DNA of 64,000 nt from an uncultured delta proteobacterium (GTDB lineage Bacteria > Desulfobacterota > Desulfobaccia > Desulfobaccales > 0-14-0-80-60-11), in the NCBI GenBank assembly GCA_963812015.1, contig CAWETI010000002.1:1280001-1344000 (forward strand), given 5' to 3'. Positions within the stretch are counted from its first letter, which is position 1; every line of letters starts with the position of its first letter. The notes under the pieces are model-generated. The model had not been told where the DNA came from. It made no database searches and saw nothing but the letters and a program-made list of their open reading frames with translations. A program made the translations under genes and the position numbers. This document shows positions 29,908 to 39,703 of the stretch, in pieces.

Positions 29908-30000
29908 AAAATCCCCCTAAATCCCCCTTTTGCAAAGGGGGACTTTAGACGCCATTCCGGTAATTTCCCTCCTTTGTAAAAGGGGGGATAGGGGGGAATT
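29908..30000. repeat. CCCCCTTT..AAAGGGGG REP doublet
   Basis: AAATCCCCCTAAATCCCCCTTTTGCAAAGGGGG plus an inverted partner. Confidence 0.8.
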
Positions 30001-30090
30001 CCCCTGGATCGACTATCAGTTTAGCAATTTATTTAATGCTCCAGTTTATAAAAACGCCCCTGGCGACCTTATGGTCTACTCCGCCACCCT

Positions 30091-31116
30091 TCAATAGGTC
30101 AGGATTACCTGGATGGCGTCTTCCGGGTGGCGGTCGATCAAGGCATAGGCTTGGCCTGCCTGATCGATGGGAAAGCGATGGGTGATGAAGCGGGCTGGCT
30201 TCACCTGTTCCAGCATCTGCCAGGTGGTATGATAACGGCGGGTCTTGTTCCAGCGGCCGGTAAGCTCCGGGGCGATGCTGCTGACCTGGCTGCCGATGAG
30301 ACGCACCCGACTGCGATGGAAACTGCCCCCCAGGTTCAGATCGGACCTTTGAAGCCCGTACCAGGAGCCGATGACCACCCGGCCGCTGAAGCCGGTGGCC
30401 GCGATGGCCTGGTCCAAGGCGACGGGGTTCCCGGAAATCTCATAGCAGAGGTCGGCCCCGGGATAGGGGCGGGCGTCCTGGAGACTCGAGGCAAGACGCG
30501 CCAGGACGTCCGGGGCCGAGGGGTCCAGGCTGACGTGGGCCCCCAGGTCTTCGGAGAGCAGACGGCGCTTGGGGTAGAGATCCAGGGTCACCAGGGACGA
30601 CAGCGGCCAGCGGCTCAAAAGGGCGGTGAGGAGCAGCCCCACGATGCCCTGGCCGAAGATGGCCACCTGTTCCCCCGCCAGGGGTTGGCCGTCCAGGAGG
30701 AAGGTCACCGCGGTTTCCATGTTGGGAAAGAACACCGCATCCTCGGGAGTCAAACCGTCGGGCAGTCTGAGCAGTTCGTCCGGGGTAGCCAGGAAGTGGC
30801 TTTCGTGGGGATGGAAAGCGAAGACCAGCCTGCCTTCCCAATCGGGCGCTATCCCCCGGCCCAGCTCGATGATCTGGCCCACCGTGGCGTAGCCGTATTT
30901 TAGGGGAAAAGCGAAATTCCCCGCCAGGGCGGAGATGGTTTCATCCTTGGTCAGGTCCGCCGGCGCCAGTCCCCGGTAGATCAATAACTCGGTGCCCGGA
31001 CTGATGGCGGAAATGACGGTCTTCACCAACACCTGGCCAAAAGCCGGGGAGGGGAGGGTTTCGCTTTGCAGCGCCACCTGTCGGGGGGCGGTAAAATAGA
31101 GGGCCTGTCGTTCCAT
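30091..31116 (-). CDS. MDR/zinc-type alcohol dehydrogenase family protein
   Basis: SAISPGTE, FPLKYGY, FHPH, GQGIVG, GSWYG, FHRSR..SQV. Confidence 0.88.
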   Translation of the reverse strand: MERQALYFTAPRQVALQSETLPSPAFGQVLVKTVISAISPGTELLIYRGLAPADLTKDETISALAGNFAFPLKYGYATVGQIIELGRGIAPDWEGRLVFAFHPHESHFLATPDELLRLPDGLTPEDAVFFPNMETAVTFLLDGQPLAGEQVAIFGQGIVGLLLTALLSRWPLSSLVTLDLYPKRRLLSEDLGAHVSLDPSAPDVLARLASSLQDARPYPGADLCYEISGNPVALDQAIAATGFSGRVVIGSWYGLQRSDLNLGGSFHRSRVRLIGSQVSSIAPELTGRWNKTRRYHTTWQMLEQVKPARFITHRFPIDQAGQAYALIDRHPEDAIQVILTY

Positions 31117-31848
31117 TTAACTGCTCCATTCCGGTTCCCCGCGCAGCACCAGGTCATCGCCCAGTTGCTGGTAGCTGAGGTTCTTGAGGCGCGGAAAGCG
31201 CCGCAGGGAAGAATGCCCTAAATGATCCACTACCCGGAGGCCGCCCACCAGGAGGGGGGCGATGGTCAGGACGATCTGGTCCACCAACCGGGAGACGAGA
31301 AAACTCGTGATAATCTGGGCTCCCCCTTCCACCATCAGGCTGTTAATCCCCAGGGACCCGAGCTGTCCCAGGAGACCGCCCAGATCGACCCAGCCGTTGC
31401 TCCCCTGTAGCCGCAGGACCCTGGCCCCCGCCGCCTCCAGGGCTTGTTGCCGCTCGGGGTCGGCGGCTTCGCTGGTGGCAATCCAGGGGGAGCGGCGATT
31501 TTTTAGGAGGCTGGCATAGGGAGGAAAACGGAGGCGGCTGTCCACCACCACGGGTTGGGGATCTGGCCCCGACACCAGCCTGACGGTGAGGCGGGGATTG
31601 TCGGCGAGCACCGTGCCGATGCCCACCAGGATGGCCTCGTGGGCGGCCCTGAGACCGTGGGTCATGGCCATGGCTTGAGAACCGCTGAGGGCCAGGGGCC
31701 GCCCGGGACGGTCGGCAATACTGCCGTCCAGGCTCTGGGCGTAGCTGAGGGTGACCAAGGGGCGGCCGGTACGCCGGCGGTGGGCCGCCGCGGCTTGCAA
31801 GAACGCACATACCCGATCCAGGATCGGGATCGCTTTTTCAACCGGCAT
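31117..31848 (-). CDS. RibD C-terminal (reductase) domain protein
   Basis: YAQSLDG, AILVGIGTVLADNPRLTVR, LMVEGG; no deaminase domain. Confidence 0.88.
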   Translation of the reverse strand: MPVEKAIPILDRVCAFLQAAAAHRRRTGRPLVTLSYAQSLDGSIADRPGRPLALSGSQAMAMTHGLRAAHEAILVGIGTVLADNPRLTVRLVSGPDPQPVVVDSRLRFPPYASLLKNRRSPWIATSEAADPERQQALEAAGARVLRLQGSNGWVDLGGLLGQLGSLGINSLMVEGGAQIITSFLVSRLVDQIVLTIAPLLVGGLRVVDHLGHSSLRRFPRLKNLSYQQLGDDLVLRGEPEWSS

Positions 31849-32118
31849 GCCCATTTCTCCTTGCATCACGCCCTGAGATAGGGTGAGGGGGCCCGGGTTC
31901 AAGCTGAGAAGAGAATATCGCCTGGATTAACCGGGTCAGGCCGTCCTATCTGTAACATGAGAATAGTGGCGGCCTTTGTCAAGTTGGGATGCCGGCGCGA
32001 CCGCCATGAAATTCCAGCTCATCTTTCAATAAATGAAGGGGCGGGGTTATCCCGCCCCTGGGCGGGCGCCAAGAGGTGACGGTGAGTCCACGGTGACGCG
32101 GCCAGAAGGCCGCCGGGC

Positions 32119-32538
32119 TCAGACTTGTTCCAGGGCGTTGAAAAAGAAGGCGATTTCTACTTTGGCGGTGTCGGGGGCGTCGGAGCCGTGGACGATGTTG
32201 GCCTCGATGTCCCGGGCGAAATCCGCCCGGATAGTGCCGGGCGCGGCCTGGCGGTAATCGGTGGCGCCCATGAGGTCCCGGTTGACCTGAATGGCGTTCT
32301 CCCCTGCCAGGATCATGGCCACGATGGGCCCGGAGCTCATGAATTTGGTCAGGCTGTCGTAAAAGGGGCGTTCCTGATGCACCGCGTAGAAGGCCCGGGC
32401 CTGGTCCAGGGAAAGGTGGAGCATCTTCATGGCCTTGATCTTGAGGCCGTTTTTCTCAAAGCGGCCGATGACGTCGCCGATGAGACCTCGGGCCACGCCG
32501 TCGGGCTTGATCATGGATAAGGTGTGTTCTATGGGCAT
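32119..32538 (-). CDS. ndk: Nucleoside diphosphate kinase
   Basis: [21 protein letters not shown]. Confidence 0.97.
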   Translation of the reverse strand: MPIEHTLSMIKPDGVARGLIGDVIGRFEKNGLKIKAMKMLHLSLDQARAFYAVHQERPFYDSLTKFMSSGPIVAMILAGENAIQVNRDLMGATDYRQAAPGTIRADFARDIEANIVHGSDAPDTAKVEIAFFFNALEQV

Positions 32539-32563
32539 TATGCAATCTCCTGCGAAAGATTTT

Positions 32564-32623
32564 TGTAGCGGCGCATTTGTGTGTGCGCCTTGTGAGGGGC
32601 GGACACATGGGTCCGCCCCTACA
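32564..32623. repeat. GTAG-type REP doublet
   Basis: TGTAG..GCGCA..GTGTGCGCC / GGGCGGACACATGGGTCCGCCCCTACA; copies at 49325 and 57329. Confidence 0.8.
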
Positions 32624-32690
32624 ATTCATCTCTATATTCGGCTTTCTGATCCTAAAAAATCCATTCGAAAGGAAGGATTTTCGCGGTAAA

Positions 32691-32720
32691 GCTGACTGCT
32701 GATTGCTGATAGCTGACGGC
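32691..32720. repeat. Short tandem heptamer repeat (GCTGAYw)
   Basis: gctgact gctgatt gctgata gctgacg. Confidence 0.7.
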
Positions 32721-34768
32721 TATCTTTCTTCTTTCCGCTCCACGTAGCCGTGGTGGTCGAACTGGAGCGTGAAGGTGCCCCGTCCCTGGGTCAGGGAGCG
32801 CAGGGCGGTGGCATAGCCGAACATCTCGGCCAGGGGGGCCTGCCCCGAAATGAAGCGCACCGGCCCCTTGGCCAGCAGGTGGTCCACCTTGCCCTTACGA
32901 GAGGCAAAATCGCCCATGACCTCGCCGGTGAATTCCTCCGGGGCGATGATCTCCACCTTCATGATGGGCTGTAGCAGTTGGGGCTGGCCCTGGTGGAGCC
33001 CCTGTTTCAGGGCCGTCATGGCCGCGACCCGGAAGGCCATCTCCGAGGCCTGACCTTCCCGGACGGTGGCGTCGGCCAAGGCCACGGCGATGTCCACCGC
33101 CGGGTGCCCGTAAACCGCCCCGCCTTCCAAAGCTTCGGTGACCGCCTGGGCGATCAAGGGCACAAAGCCCTGGGCCGGATGTCCTTCCGGCAACAGGGAG
33201 ATAAAAGAGTTGCCGGCCCCCCGGGGCCGGGGGGTAAGGCTCAGCTTGACTTCGGCGAAATGTGGCCGGCCGGCCAGCTCCCGATCGAAGGACCCGGTTT
33301 CCTCCACGGCCGCGGCAATGGTCTCCCGGTAGACCACCTGGGGGCGGCCCGCCCGCACGTGGGCGTGGAACTCCCGCTCCAGGCGGTGGATAATGACTTC
33401 CAGGTGGAGCTCCCCCATGCCGGATAAGAGGGTCTGACCCGTGTCTTCGTCGGTGTGGACCTTGAGGCTGGGATCTTCCTCGCACACCCGCTCCAGGGCC
33501 GGCCCCAGGCGCTCCTGGTCGTCCCGGGTCACCGGCTCGATGGCCAGGGAGATTACCGGCACGTAGGACGAGATGGGCTCCAGCACCACGGGATGCTGGC
33601 GGCTGCAGAGGGTGTCCCCGGTGGTGGTGGCCTTGAGGCCCAGGAGGGCGACGATGGTGCCGGTGTGGGCTTCCTCCAAGGGTTCCCGCTTGTTGGCGTG
33701 CATGCGGAGAATCCGGGCCACTTTCTCGGTGGTCTGCTTGATGGAATTGTAGACTTCCTGGCCGAATTTCAGGGTGCCGGAATAGACGCGGACATAGGTG
33801 AGCCGCTGGCCCTGGTCCACCATGATCTTGAAGGCCAGGGCGGCCAGGGGGACGTCATCCCGGGGCGGGCGGGTCTCGGGTTCTCCGGTCTTGGGGTTCT
33901 GGCCAATAATCGGCGGCACCTGGGTGGGGTTGGGGAGAAAATCCTTGATGCCGTCCAGCAGAGGCTGGATGCCCTTGTTACGCAAGGCGGAGCCGCAGTA
34001 GGTGGGCACCCCTTTGAGGGCCAGGGTGGCTCGCTGGATGCCGGCTTTGAGGGTCTCCAGGGTCACGGGCTGCTCCGCCAGGTAGACCTCCATGACGGCG
34101 TCGTCCACTTCGGCCACGGCCTCCACCAGGGCCTCCCGGGCCGCCGCGGCCTGGGTTTGATAGTCGGCGGGGATTTCGAGCTCCTCAAAGTCAACGCCCA
34201 GGGTTTCTTCCCGCCACTTAAAGGCCTTAAGGCTCAAGAGGTCGATGACGCCCTGAAAGCGCTCTTCTTCGCCCCAGGGCATGGTGAGGACCAGAGGATG
34301 GGCCCCCAACCTCTCCTGCAGGGACGCCACCGCGGCCCAAAAATTGGCCCCCATGCGGTCCATCTTGTTGATGAAGGCCAGCTTGGGCACCCGGTACTTG
34401 TCCGCCTGGTGCCAGACGGTTTCGGACTGGGGCTCGACCCCGCTCACCGCGTCGAAGACCCCGATGGCCCCGTCCAGCACCCGCAGGGACCGTTCCACTT
34501 CGATGGTGAAATCCACATGGCCCGGGGTGTCGATGATATTGACGACGCAGCCCTTCCACTGGCAGGTGGTGACCGCGGCGGTGATGGTGATGCCCCGTTC
34601 CTGCTCCTCAGGCATCCAGTCCATGACCGCGGCGCCGTCGTGGACCTCGCCCATCTTGTGGGTGCGGCCGGTGTAATAGAGGATGCGCTCCGTCAAGGTG
34701 GTCTTGCCGGCGTCGATATGGGCAATGATGCCGATGTTGCGAATGGCCTTGAGCCTGGGGGTGGTCAC
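32720..34768 (-). CDS. fusA: Elongation factor G, stand-alone paralog
   Basis: [37 protein letters not shown] start with GGAG RBS; no rpsL/rpsG/tuf neighbours. Confidence 0.92.
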   Translation of the reverse strand: MTTPRLKAIRNIGIIAHIDAGKTTLTERILYYTGRTHKMGEVHDGAAVMDWMPEEQERGITITAAVTTCQWKGCVVNIIDTPGHVDFTIEVERSLRVLDGAIGVFDAVSGVEPQSETVWHQADKYRVPKLAFINKMDRMGANFWAAVASLQERLGAHPLVLTMPWGEEERFQGVIDLLSLKAFKWREETLGVDFEELEIPADYQTQAAAAREALVEAVAEVDDAVMEVYLAEQPVTLETLKAGIQRATLALKGVPTYCGSALRNKGIQPLLDGIKDFLPNPTQVPPIIGQNPKTGEPETRPPRDDVPLAALAFKIMVDQGQRLTYVRVYSGTLKFGQEVYNSIKQTTEKVARILRMHANKREPLEEAHTGTIVALLGLKATTTGDTLCSRQHPVVLEPISSYVPVISLAIEPVTRDDQERLGPALERVCEEDPSLKVHTDEDTGQTLLSGMGELHLEVIIHRLEREFHAHVRAGRPQVVYRETIAAAVEETGSFDRELAGRPHFAEVKLSLTPRPRGAGNSFISLLPEGHPAQGFVPLIAQAVTEALEGGAVYGHPAVDIAVALADATVREGQASEMAFRVAAMTALKQGLHQGQPQLLQPIMKVEIIAPEEFTGEVMGDFASRKGKVDHLLAKGPVRFISGQAPLAEMFGYATALRSLTQGRGTFTLQFDHHGYVERKEER

Positions 34769-34860
34769 GGGGTAAACTCCAGAATTAACAACCTCGTTTG
34801 TAAATGAATTTGGCTTTACTTTCAACCTTTAATATTATGGGGGAGGGATCGAGGACCGTT

Positions 34861-35397
34861 ATGTCTTGTAATTCTTCGGCTTTCAGCTACTGTCCCTGCT
34901 GCGGCGGCCCTTTGGCAACCCGGCGCCGGGGGGACCGGGACCGTTTCGTCTGTGGGGAATGCAACCGGGTGCTGTATATCAATCCCGCCGTGGGAGTGGC
35001 GGTGGTGGTCCGCCGGGGTGGGGAGATTCTCTGGGGGCAAAGGGGCGGCGGCCCCTACGCCGGGGCCTGGTGCATCCCCTGCGGTTACGTGGAGTGGGGC
35101 GAAGAAGTGCGGGCGGCCGCGGCCCGGGAGTTTCTGGAGGAAACCGGCCTGGCAGTGGAGGTGGGACAGGTTTTGGCGGTGCATTCCAACTTTCATGACC
35201 CGGAGCGCCTCACCGTGGGTATCTGGTTTGCCGGGCGTGTTACGGACGGCGTGCTTGCAGCTCATGACGACCTGACGGAGGTAAAATTTTTTCCCCTGGC
35301 TGCCCCGCCTCAGAACCTGGCCTTTCCCACCGACGCCCTGGTGGTGGAGGAACTTAAGGCCGGTAAGGCCCGGCTGATTCCCGACTCGGTTTTCTGA
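34861..35397 (+). CDS. NUDIX hydrolase with N-terminal Zn ribbon
   Basis: YCPCCG..CGEC..YINP; GYVEWGE..AAAREFLEETGL. Confidence 0.9.
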   Translation: MSCNSSAFSYCPCCGGPLATRRRGDRDRFVCGECNRVLYINPAVGVAVVVRRGGEILWGQRGGGPYAGAWCIPCGYVEWGEEVRAAAAREFLEETGLAVEVGQVLAVHSNFHDPERLTVGIWFAGRVTDGVLAAHDDLTEVKFFPLAAPPQNLAFPTDALVVEELKAGKARLIPDSVF

Positions 35398-35400
35398 ATC

Positions 35401-35468
35401 TTGGCGTTCTTTGCGGCTTTGCGAGATATTATCCTCACGCCAAGACGCCAAGGCGCAAAGACGCAGAG
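35401..35468. repeat. Inverted short tandem repeats (CGCMAAGR) between convergent genes
   Basis: ttggcg/ttgcgg/ttgcga versus cgccaaga cgccaagg cgcaaaga. Confidence 0.6.
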
Positions 35469-35481
35469 GAGACCGGGAAAC

Positions 35482-36135
35482 CTAATCAGGCGGGAAAAGC
35501 TCTACTGATTCCAGATGCCGCAAATCCTTCAGGGAAACCATGGCCACCCGGGAGTCGACCAGGTCCAGGACCGCGAAACTGAAGGTGGGAAACCGCTGCT
35601 CCTCCAGGGTGAAGGCCCCCGGTACGATGAGGTAGATGGTGTCCGGCTCCAGGGTTAGGCAGGCCTGGCGGGCCTGAAATTCCTGGGGCCGCACCGCGTC
35701 GTTGGTGTAGAGCAGGCGGCTGAAGGGCGGCGTAAAGCGGGTGACGCAAGGGACGTGAGTATGCCCGTGGCACGCCAACATCGGCGGGCGAAAATGGTGG
35801 GCGCTATGCCCGTAGGCCCGGATGCGCTCATTGAAGTGGGTCCAGATCAAGGCCCGGGTGTGGGCCAGAAAGATCCGCCCCTCAAGTTCCAGGGCCACAT
35901 CGCAGCCGGTGGCCTCGGGCAGCTGCGGCCCGAAGACGTCGTACACCCAATAAAGCCGGTTCCCGGGGTCCATGGTCAGCCAGGGCCGGAAGGGCTCCGG
36001 GGGACAATCTCCCAGGCAGGCCAGGTGACGGAGCCCCTGGTCCTTGAAAAAAGCCAGCAACGAGGGAAGGCCGGCCTGGTAGGTATGGGTATCGGCTACC
36101 AGCGCCAGCCTTTCCATGATCTGTCGGTCAGCCAC
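35482..36135 (-). CDS. Metallophosphoesterase family protein (divergent)
   Basis: ADTH, CLGD, AH, HGHTHVP, VPG. Confidence 0.75.
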   Translation of the reverse strand: MADRQIMERLALVADTHTYQAGLPSLLAFFKDQGLRHLACLGDCPPEPFRPWLTMDPGNRLYWVYDVFGPQLPEATGCDVALELEGRIFLAHTRALIWTHFNERIRAYGHSAHHFRPPMLACHGHTHVPCVTRFTPPFSRLLYTNDAVRPQEFQARQACLTLEPDTIYLIVPGAFTLEEQRFPTFSFAVLDLVDSRVAMVSLKDLRHLESVELFPPD

Positions 36136-36155
36136 TAAGAGTGGGTGAAGTCCCT

Positions 36156-36320
36156 TTATTGGGTCCGTTTGGGTCCGCAGGCGTGGCTTTCGCTGCCACC
36201 TTTGAAGCGCTGCACCAGGAGGGCCAGAAACTTGATGGCCTCATCTTTGTCTTTATCAATGACGATGGCTTCTATCTGCTGTTGTTCCGCGGCCGAAATT
36301 ACGATCTGTTTGTCTGCCAT
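36156..36320 (-). CDS. 54-aa microprotein (not in ORF track), paralog of 36502-36681
   Basis: MADKQIVISAAEQQQIEAIVIDKDKDEAIKFLALLVQRFKGGSESHACGPKRTQ; AAGGTG RBS. Confidence 0.75.
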   Translation of the reverse strand: MADKQIVISAAEQQQIEAIVIDKDKDEAIKFLALLVQRFKGGSESHACGPKRTQ

Positions 36321-36501
36321 AGCTTTTCACCTTGTCTGGCTGTAATGAAGCGCCGCCAGGCGGCGCCTGAAGATGTGGTTAAGGAACGGGCCGGCCGTTG
36401 GGTCTTAGGGCCAGTCTCTCCCCTGCTGTTTCAGTGTCGGATGACCGAGTGTGGTTGACCGGGTACAGGGGCCGCTGAAAGGCTCCCGCCGCCCCGTCGT
36501 C

Positions 36502-36681
36502 TCACCCTTGCCCCGGAGGGGTTTCGGCCACCTTGGGACCACAGGCGTGGCTCTCCCGGGACTTAAAGATTCCTACCAAATCACTGAGATACCGGAGGGC
36601 CTCTTCGCCGTCCTTGTCGATGACGATGCCCTCCACCTCCTGCTGCTGCTGTGTCGAAAAGCTAACGACCATATCAGCCAT
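36502..36681 (-). CDS. 59-aa microprotein
   Basis: MADMVVSFSTQQQQEVEGIVIDKDGEEALRYLSDLVGIFKSRESHACGPK...; GGAGGT RBS. Confidence 0.75.
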   Translation of the reverse strand: MADMVVSFSTQQQQEVEGIVIDKDGEEALRYLSDLVGIFKSRESHACGPKVAETPPGQG

Positions 36682-36915
36682 ATATACCTCCCCATTCATT
36701 TTCCGTGAACACAATGTAAGCGCCCGACGCCCGGGTGTCAATAGATGAGCGAGACATTTGCGTATTTAGAAAAATCGGCGATAATAAAAAATGGAAGGCC
36801 TTCATTTCTCCCTGAGATTCAGACCTTTTGCACCCAAATGCAGCCAACGGGTCCGGGGCGCCCTGGCCTTAGAGCCGGGGCCCGGCGACCTTAATCCAGT
36901 TTTGAGGTGTAGTGC

Positions 36916-37269
36916 ATGCCGAAGCTATTCAGTGACCGCACCAAGCCGGCCCGGTGCCCGTTTTGCAGCGCCGAGATTCTGAGGCCGGCGGAGGTGGAAG
37001 GCGGTCAATGGTATGATTTTGCCGCCGGGTCCTGCAATTGCGGGGCGATTTACGCCCACGATCCCACCGCCCGGAACGGCGGCGCCGTCTTCTTGCAGGC
37101 CCTGCTCATGGCGGCCGGCGGCGATATGGACCGGGCCATGGATCTGGCCGAAGGCGAGGATTATGACTGCGGTTACGTCCACAAATACAACCTTAACCTC
37201 CATTGCCTGGAACCCAATTCTTTCGGGACCCTGTACTTCGTGCGCCTGAGGGGCCTGGCCGGGGATTAA
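36916..37269 (+). CDS. Cys-rich (Zn-finger-like) hypothetical protein
   Basis: CPFC and CNCGAIYAHD; GAGGTG RBS. Confidence 0.7.
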   Translation: MPKLFSDRTKPARCPFCSAEILRPAEVEGGQWYDFAAGSCNCGAIYAHDPTARNGGAVFLQALLMAAGGDMDRAMDLAEGEDYDCGYVHKYNLNLHCLEPNSFGTLYFVRLRGLAGD

Positions 37270-37322
37270 GCCGCGGCGCCGGTGCAGCCTGCCCCCGCCG
37301 CCCCGTCCGGGCCAGAAAATCG

Positions 37323-37351
37323 TTGACAGCCTGAAAGCCCTTGCATATTAT
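37323..37351 (+). promoter_or_regulatory. Sigma70 promoter of the pab operon
   Basis: TTGACA-17 bp-TATTAT. Confidence 0.8.
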
Positions 37352-37376
37352 TGATACAGAGTTATGCCAGGCGCGA

Positions 37377-37415
37377 GCCACCCAGACTCATCCGGGTGGT
37401 TTTTTTATTTTTTTT
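37377..37415 (+). terminator. Leader terminator/attenuator upstream of pabA
   Basis: GCCACCC..GGGTGGT hairpin plus long T tract, between the promoter and the pabA RBS. Confidence 0.7.
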
Positions 37416-37432
37416 ATGTAAGAGGGCGGCTG

Positions 37433-38014
37433 ATGCGCTTGGTGATGATCGACAACTACGACTCCTTTACCTATAACCTGGTGCAGCTTTTTTTCGAGTT
37501 CGACCTGGAAGTCCTGGTCTTCCGCCACGACGAGATCGATCTTACCGGCATCGCCGCCCTTAAGCCCGACTGGCTCTGCATCTCGCCGGGCCCCAAGGCC
37601 CCGGACCAGGCAGGGATCAGCAAGGCGGCCATCGCCCATTTCTCTCAGCACCTCCCTATCCTGGGAGTCTGCCTGGGACACCAGGCCCTGAACGAAGTCT
37701 TCGGCGGCGCCACCGTCAAGGCCCCCATCCCGGTCCACGGCAAACGCCACCAGGTTTTTCATAAGGGGCGCGGCATCTTTAAAGGTCTGCCCTCACCCTT
37801 CGGGGCCGCTCGCTATCATTCCCTCATGACCGTCCCCACCTCCCCGGAATTGGAAGTCACCGCCTGGACCGAGGACGGCGTGGTCATGGGCCTCCAACAC
37901 CGCCGCTTTCCCCTCCACGGGGTCCAGTTCCACCCGGAATCCTTCCTCACCAGCCACGGCCACGCCCTGGCGGCGAATTTTTTGGCGGAAAGGATAGGTG
38001 GGGGATGGGGCTAA
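37433..38014 (+). CDS. pabA: ADC/anthranilate synthase component II (glutamine amidotransferase)
   Basis: DNYDSFTYNL, SPGP, GVCLGHQ, RYHSL, QFHPES. Confidence 0.9.
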   Translation: MRLVMIDNYDSFTYNLVQLFFEFDLEVLVFRHDEIDLTGIAALKPDWLCISPGPKAPDQAGISKAAIAHFSQHLPILGVCLGHQALNEVFGGATVKAPIPVHGKRHQVFHKGRGIFKGLPSPFGAARYHSLMTVPTSPELEVTAWTEDGVVMGLQHRRFPLHGVQFHPESFLTSHGHALAANFLAERIGGGWG

Positions 38015-38146
38015 GGGCGAGAGCCCTTACCCCCTCCCCCACGCCCCCTCCCCCAATCCCTTACAGGGGGCTGGGAGGGGAGTTTGAGGGGAGGGCGGGG
38101 GACTCGCGTCCCCCGGTTTTCCCCTCAAGACAATACCGAGGCAATC

Positions 38147-39535
38147 ATGGTCGGCCGGGTAGTGGATATTGAGGTCAAGCCGTATGAGCCGCCGCCGGGG
38201 GTTAGCGACCTGGCGGAGCTCTTCAGCGCGGTACGCCAGCGCCCTTATGCCATGTTGTTGTTGAGTGGCGGGGAGTTGGACTGCGCCGGCTATTCCCTCA
38301 TGGGCTGGGACCCGTTTCTGGTGCTCCGGGCCAAGGGGCGACGGGTGCGGTTGGAGCAGGACGGTGACACCCGGGTCTCTGATGCCGACCCCTTTGTGGT
38401 GCTGGAGGATATCCTCAAGGCCCTGGAGTTGCCGGGGGATTCCCCCCTGACGCCCCTGGCCGCCGGGGGGCTGGGGTTTCTAGCGTATGACTTGAAAAAT
38501 CACCTCGAGCGTCTGCCCACCACCGCCGCCGATGATCTGCACTTGCCCGACATGGTGTTCGCCTTCCCCCGGCGCCTGGTGGTCCACGACCGCCGGGCCG
38601 GGCGTTTCTGGCAGGTGTCCATCACCTACGAAGACTCCAGGGGCCGGCGGAGTGTCCCCCAAGACGGTGAGATTTGGCCTCCGGCGGTTCCCGTCGGGGC
38701 GTACCGGGTCGGGACCCCCAAGAGCAACTTTACCCGGGAGGCGTATCTTCAGGCCCTCACCCGTATAAGGGAGTACATCCGCGCCGGTGACGTCTATCAG
38801 GTCAATCTGACCCAGCGCTTTTCCTTTCCCCTGTCCGGGGAGCCTTACTACCTGTTGCAGCGGCTTTTCCAGGTGAACCCCGCCCCGTTTTACGCCTATC
38901 TCCACTGCGGGGATTTCCAGGTGCTCTCCACCTCCATGGAGCGCTTCCTGTATCAACGGGGAGATTATCTCGAGACCCGGCCCATCAAGGGCACCCGGCC
39001 CCGGGGGGCCACCCCGGCGGCGGACGCGGTCCTGCGTCAGGAATTGGCCGAGAGCCTCAAGGACGACGCCGAACTCTCTATGATCGTGGACCTCCTGCGC
39101 AACGACCTGGGCAAGGTCTGCAGGCCCCGGACGGTGCAGGTCAAGGAGCACAAACGCCTGGAGGCTTACGAGAATGTCTACCACCTGGTGTCCATCGTCA
39201 CGGGGCAGTTACGGCCTGAGGTCGGCGCGGTGGACATTCTCCGGGCCACCTTTCCTGGGGGCTCCATCACCGGTTGCCCCAAGATTCGGGCCATGGAGAT
39301 CATCGACGAACTGGAACCCCACGTGCGCCATGTTTACTGCGGAGCCATCGGCTACCTGGGGCTGCACCGGAACCTGGACCTCAACGTGGCCATCCGCACC
39401 GCCATCATCTCCCAGGGACAGGCCCATTTCGCCGTGGGGGGCGGGGTGGTTTACGACTCCCGGGCAGAGGACGAATACGAGGAGACCCTGCACAAGGCCA
39501 GCACCCTGTTCCGGCTCATCGCCGGGGATGTCTAG
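38147..39535 (+). CDS. pabB: Aminodeoxychorismate synthase component I
   Basis: RPIKGTRPR (PabB-type PIKGT), MIVDLLRNDL, FPGGSITGCPK. Confidence 0.9.
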   Translation: MVGRVVDIEVKPYEPPPGVSDLAELFSAVRQRPYAMLLLSGGELDCAGYSLMGWDPFLVLRAKGRRVRLEQDGDTRVSDADPFVVLEDILKALELPGDSPLTPLAAGGLGFLAYDLKNHLERLPTTAADDLHLPDMVFAFPRRLVVHDRRAGRFWQVSITYEDSRGRRSVPQDGEIWPPAVPVGAYRVGTPKSNFTREAYLQALTRIREYIRAGDVYQVNLTQRFSFPLSGEPYYLLQRLFQVNPAPFYAYLHCGDFQVLSTSMERFLYQRGDYLETRPIKGTRPRGATPAADAVLRQELAESLKDDAELSMIVDLLRNDLGKVCRPRTVQVKEHKRLEAYENVYHLVSIVTGQLRPEVGAVDILRATFPGGSITGCPKIRAMEIIDELEPHVRHVYCGAIGYLGLHRNLDLNVAIRTAIISQGQAHFAVGGGVVYDSRAEDEYEETLHKASTLFRLIAGDV

Positions 39536-39703
39536 GCTGGTGTAACAGGGTAAAAGGCGAAAAGGGAAAAAGATTGCTTGAAAACTCTGACAAATCGTAT
39601 GATGGGATATCGCATGGCAAGGGTTTTTTCGATGCGCGGCAGAGACTGCTAATATTCACCCCCTTTCGCCAAAAATCTCTAAAACCCATAAGTTGGTAAT
39701 GCT

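Noticed and set aside
37364..37432. Aromatic leader peptide (WFFYFFY) as a trp/phe-type attenuator
   Set aside because: The aromatic codons come from the terminator's 3' arm and T tract, the frame has no stop before pabA, there is no RBS, and the position is wrong for ribosome-mediated attenuation
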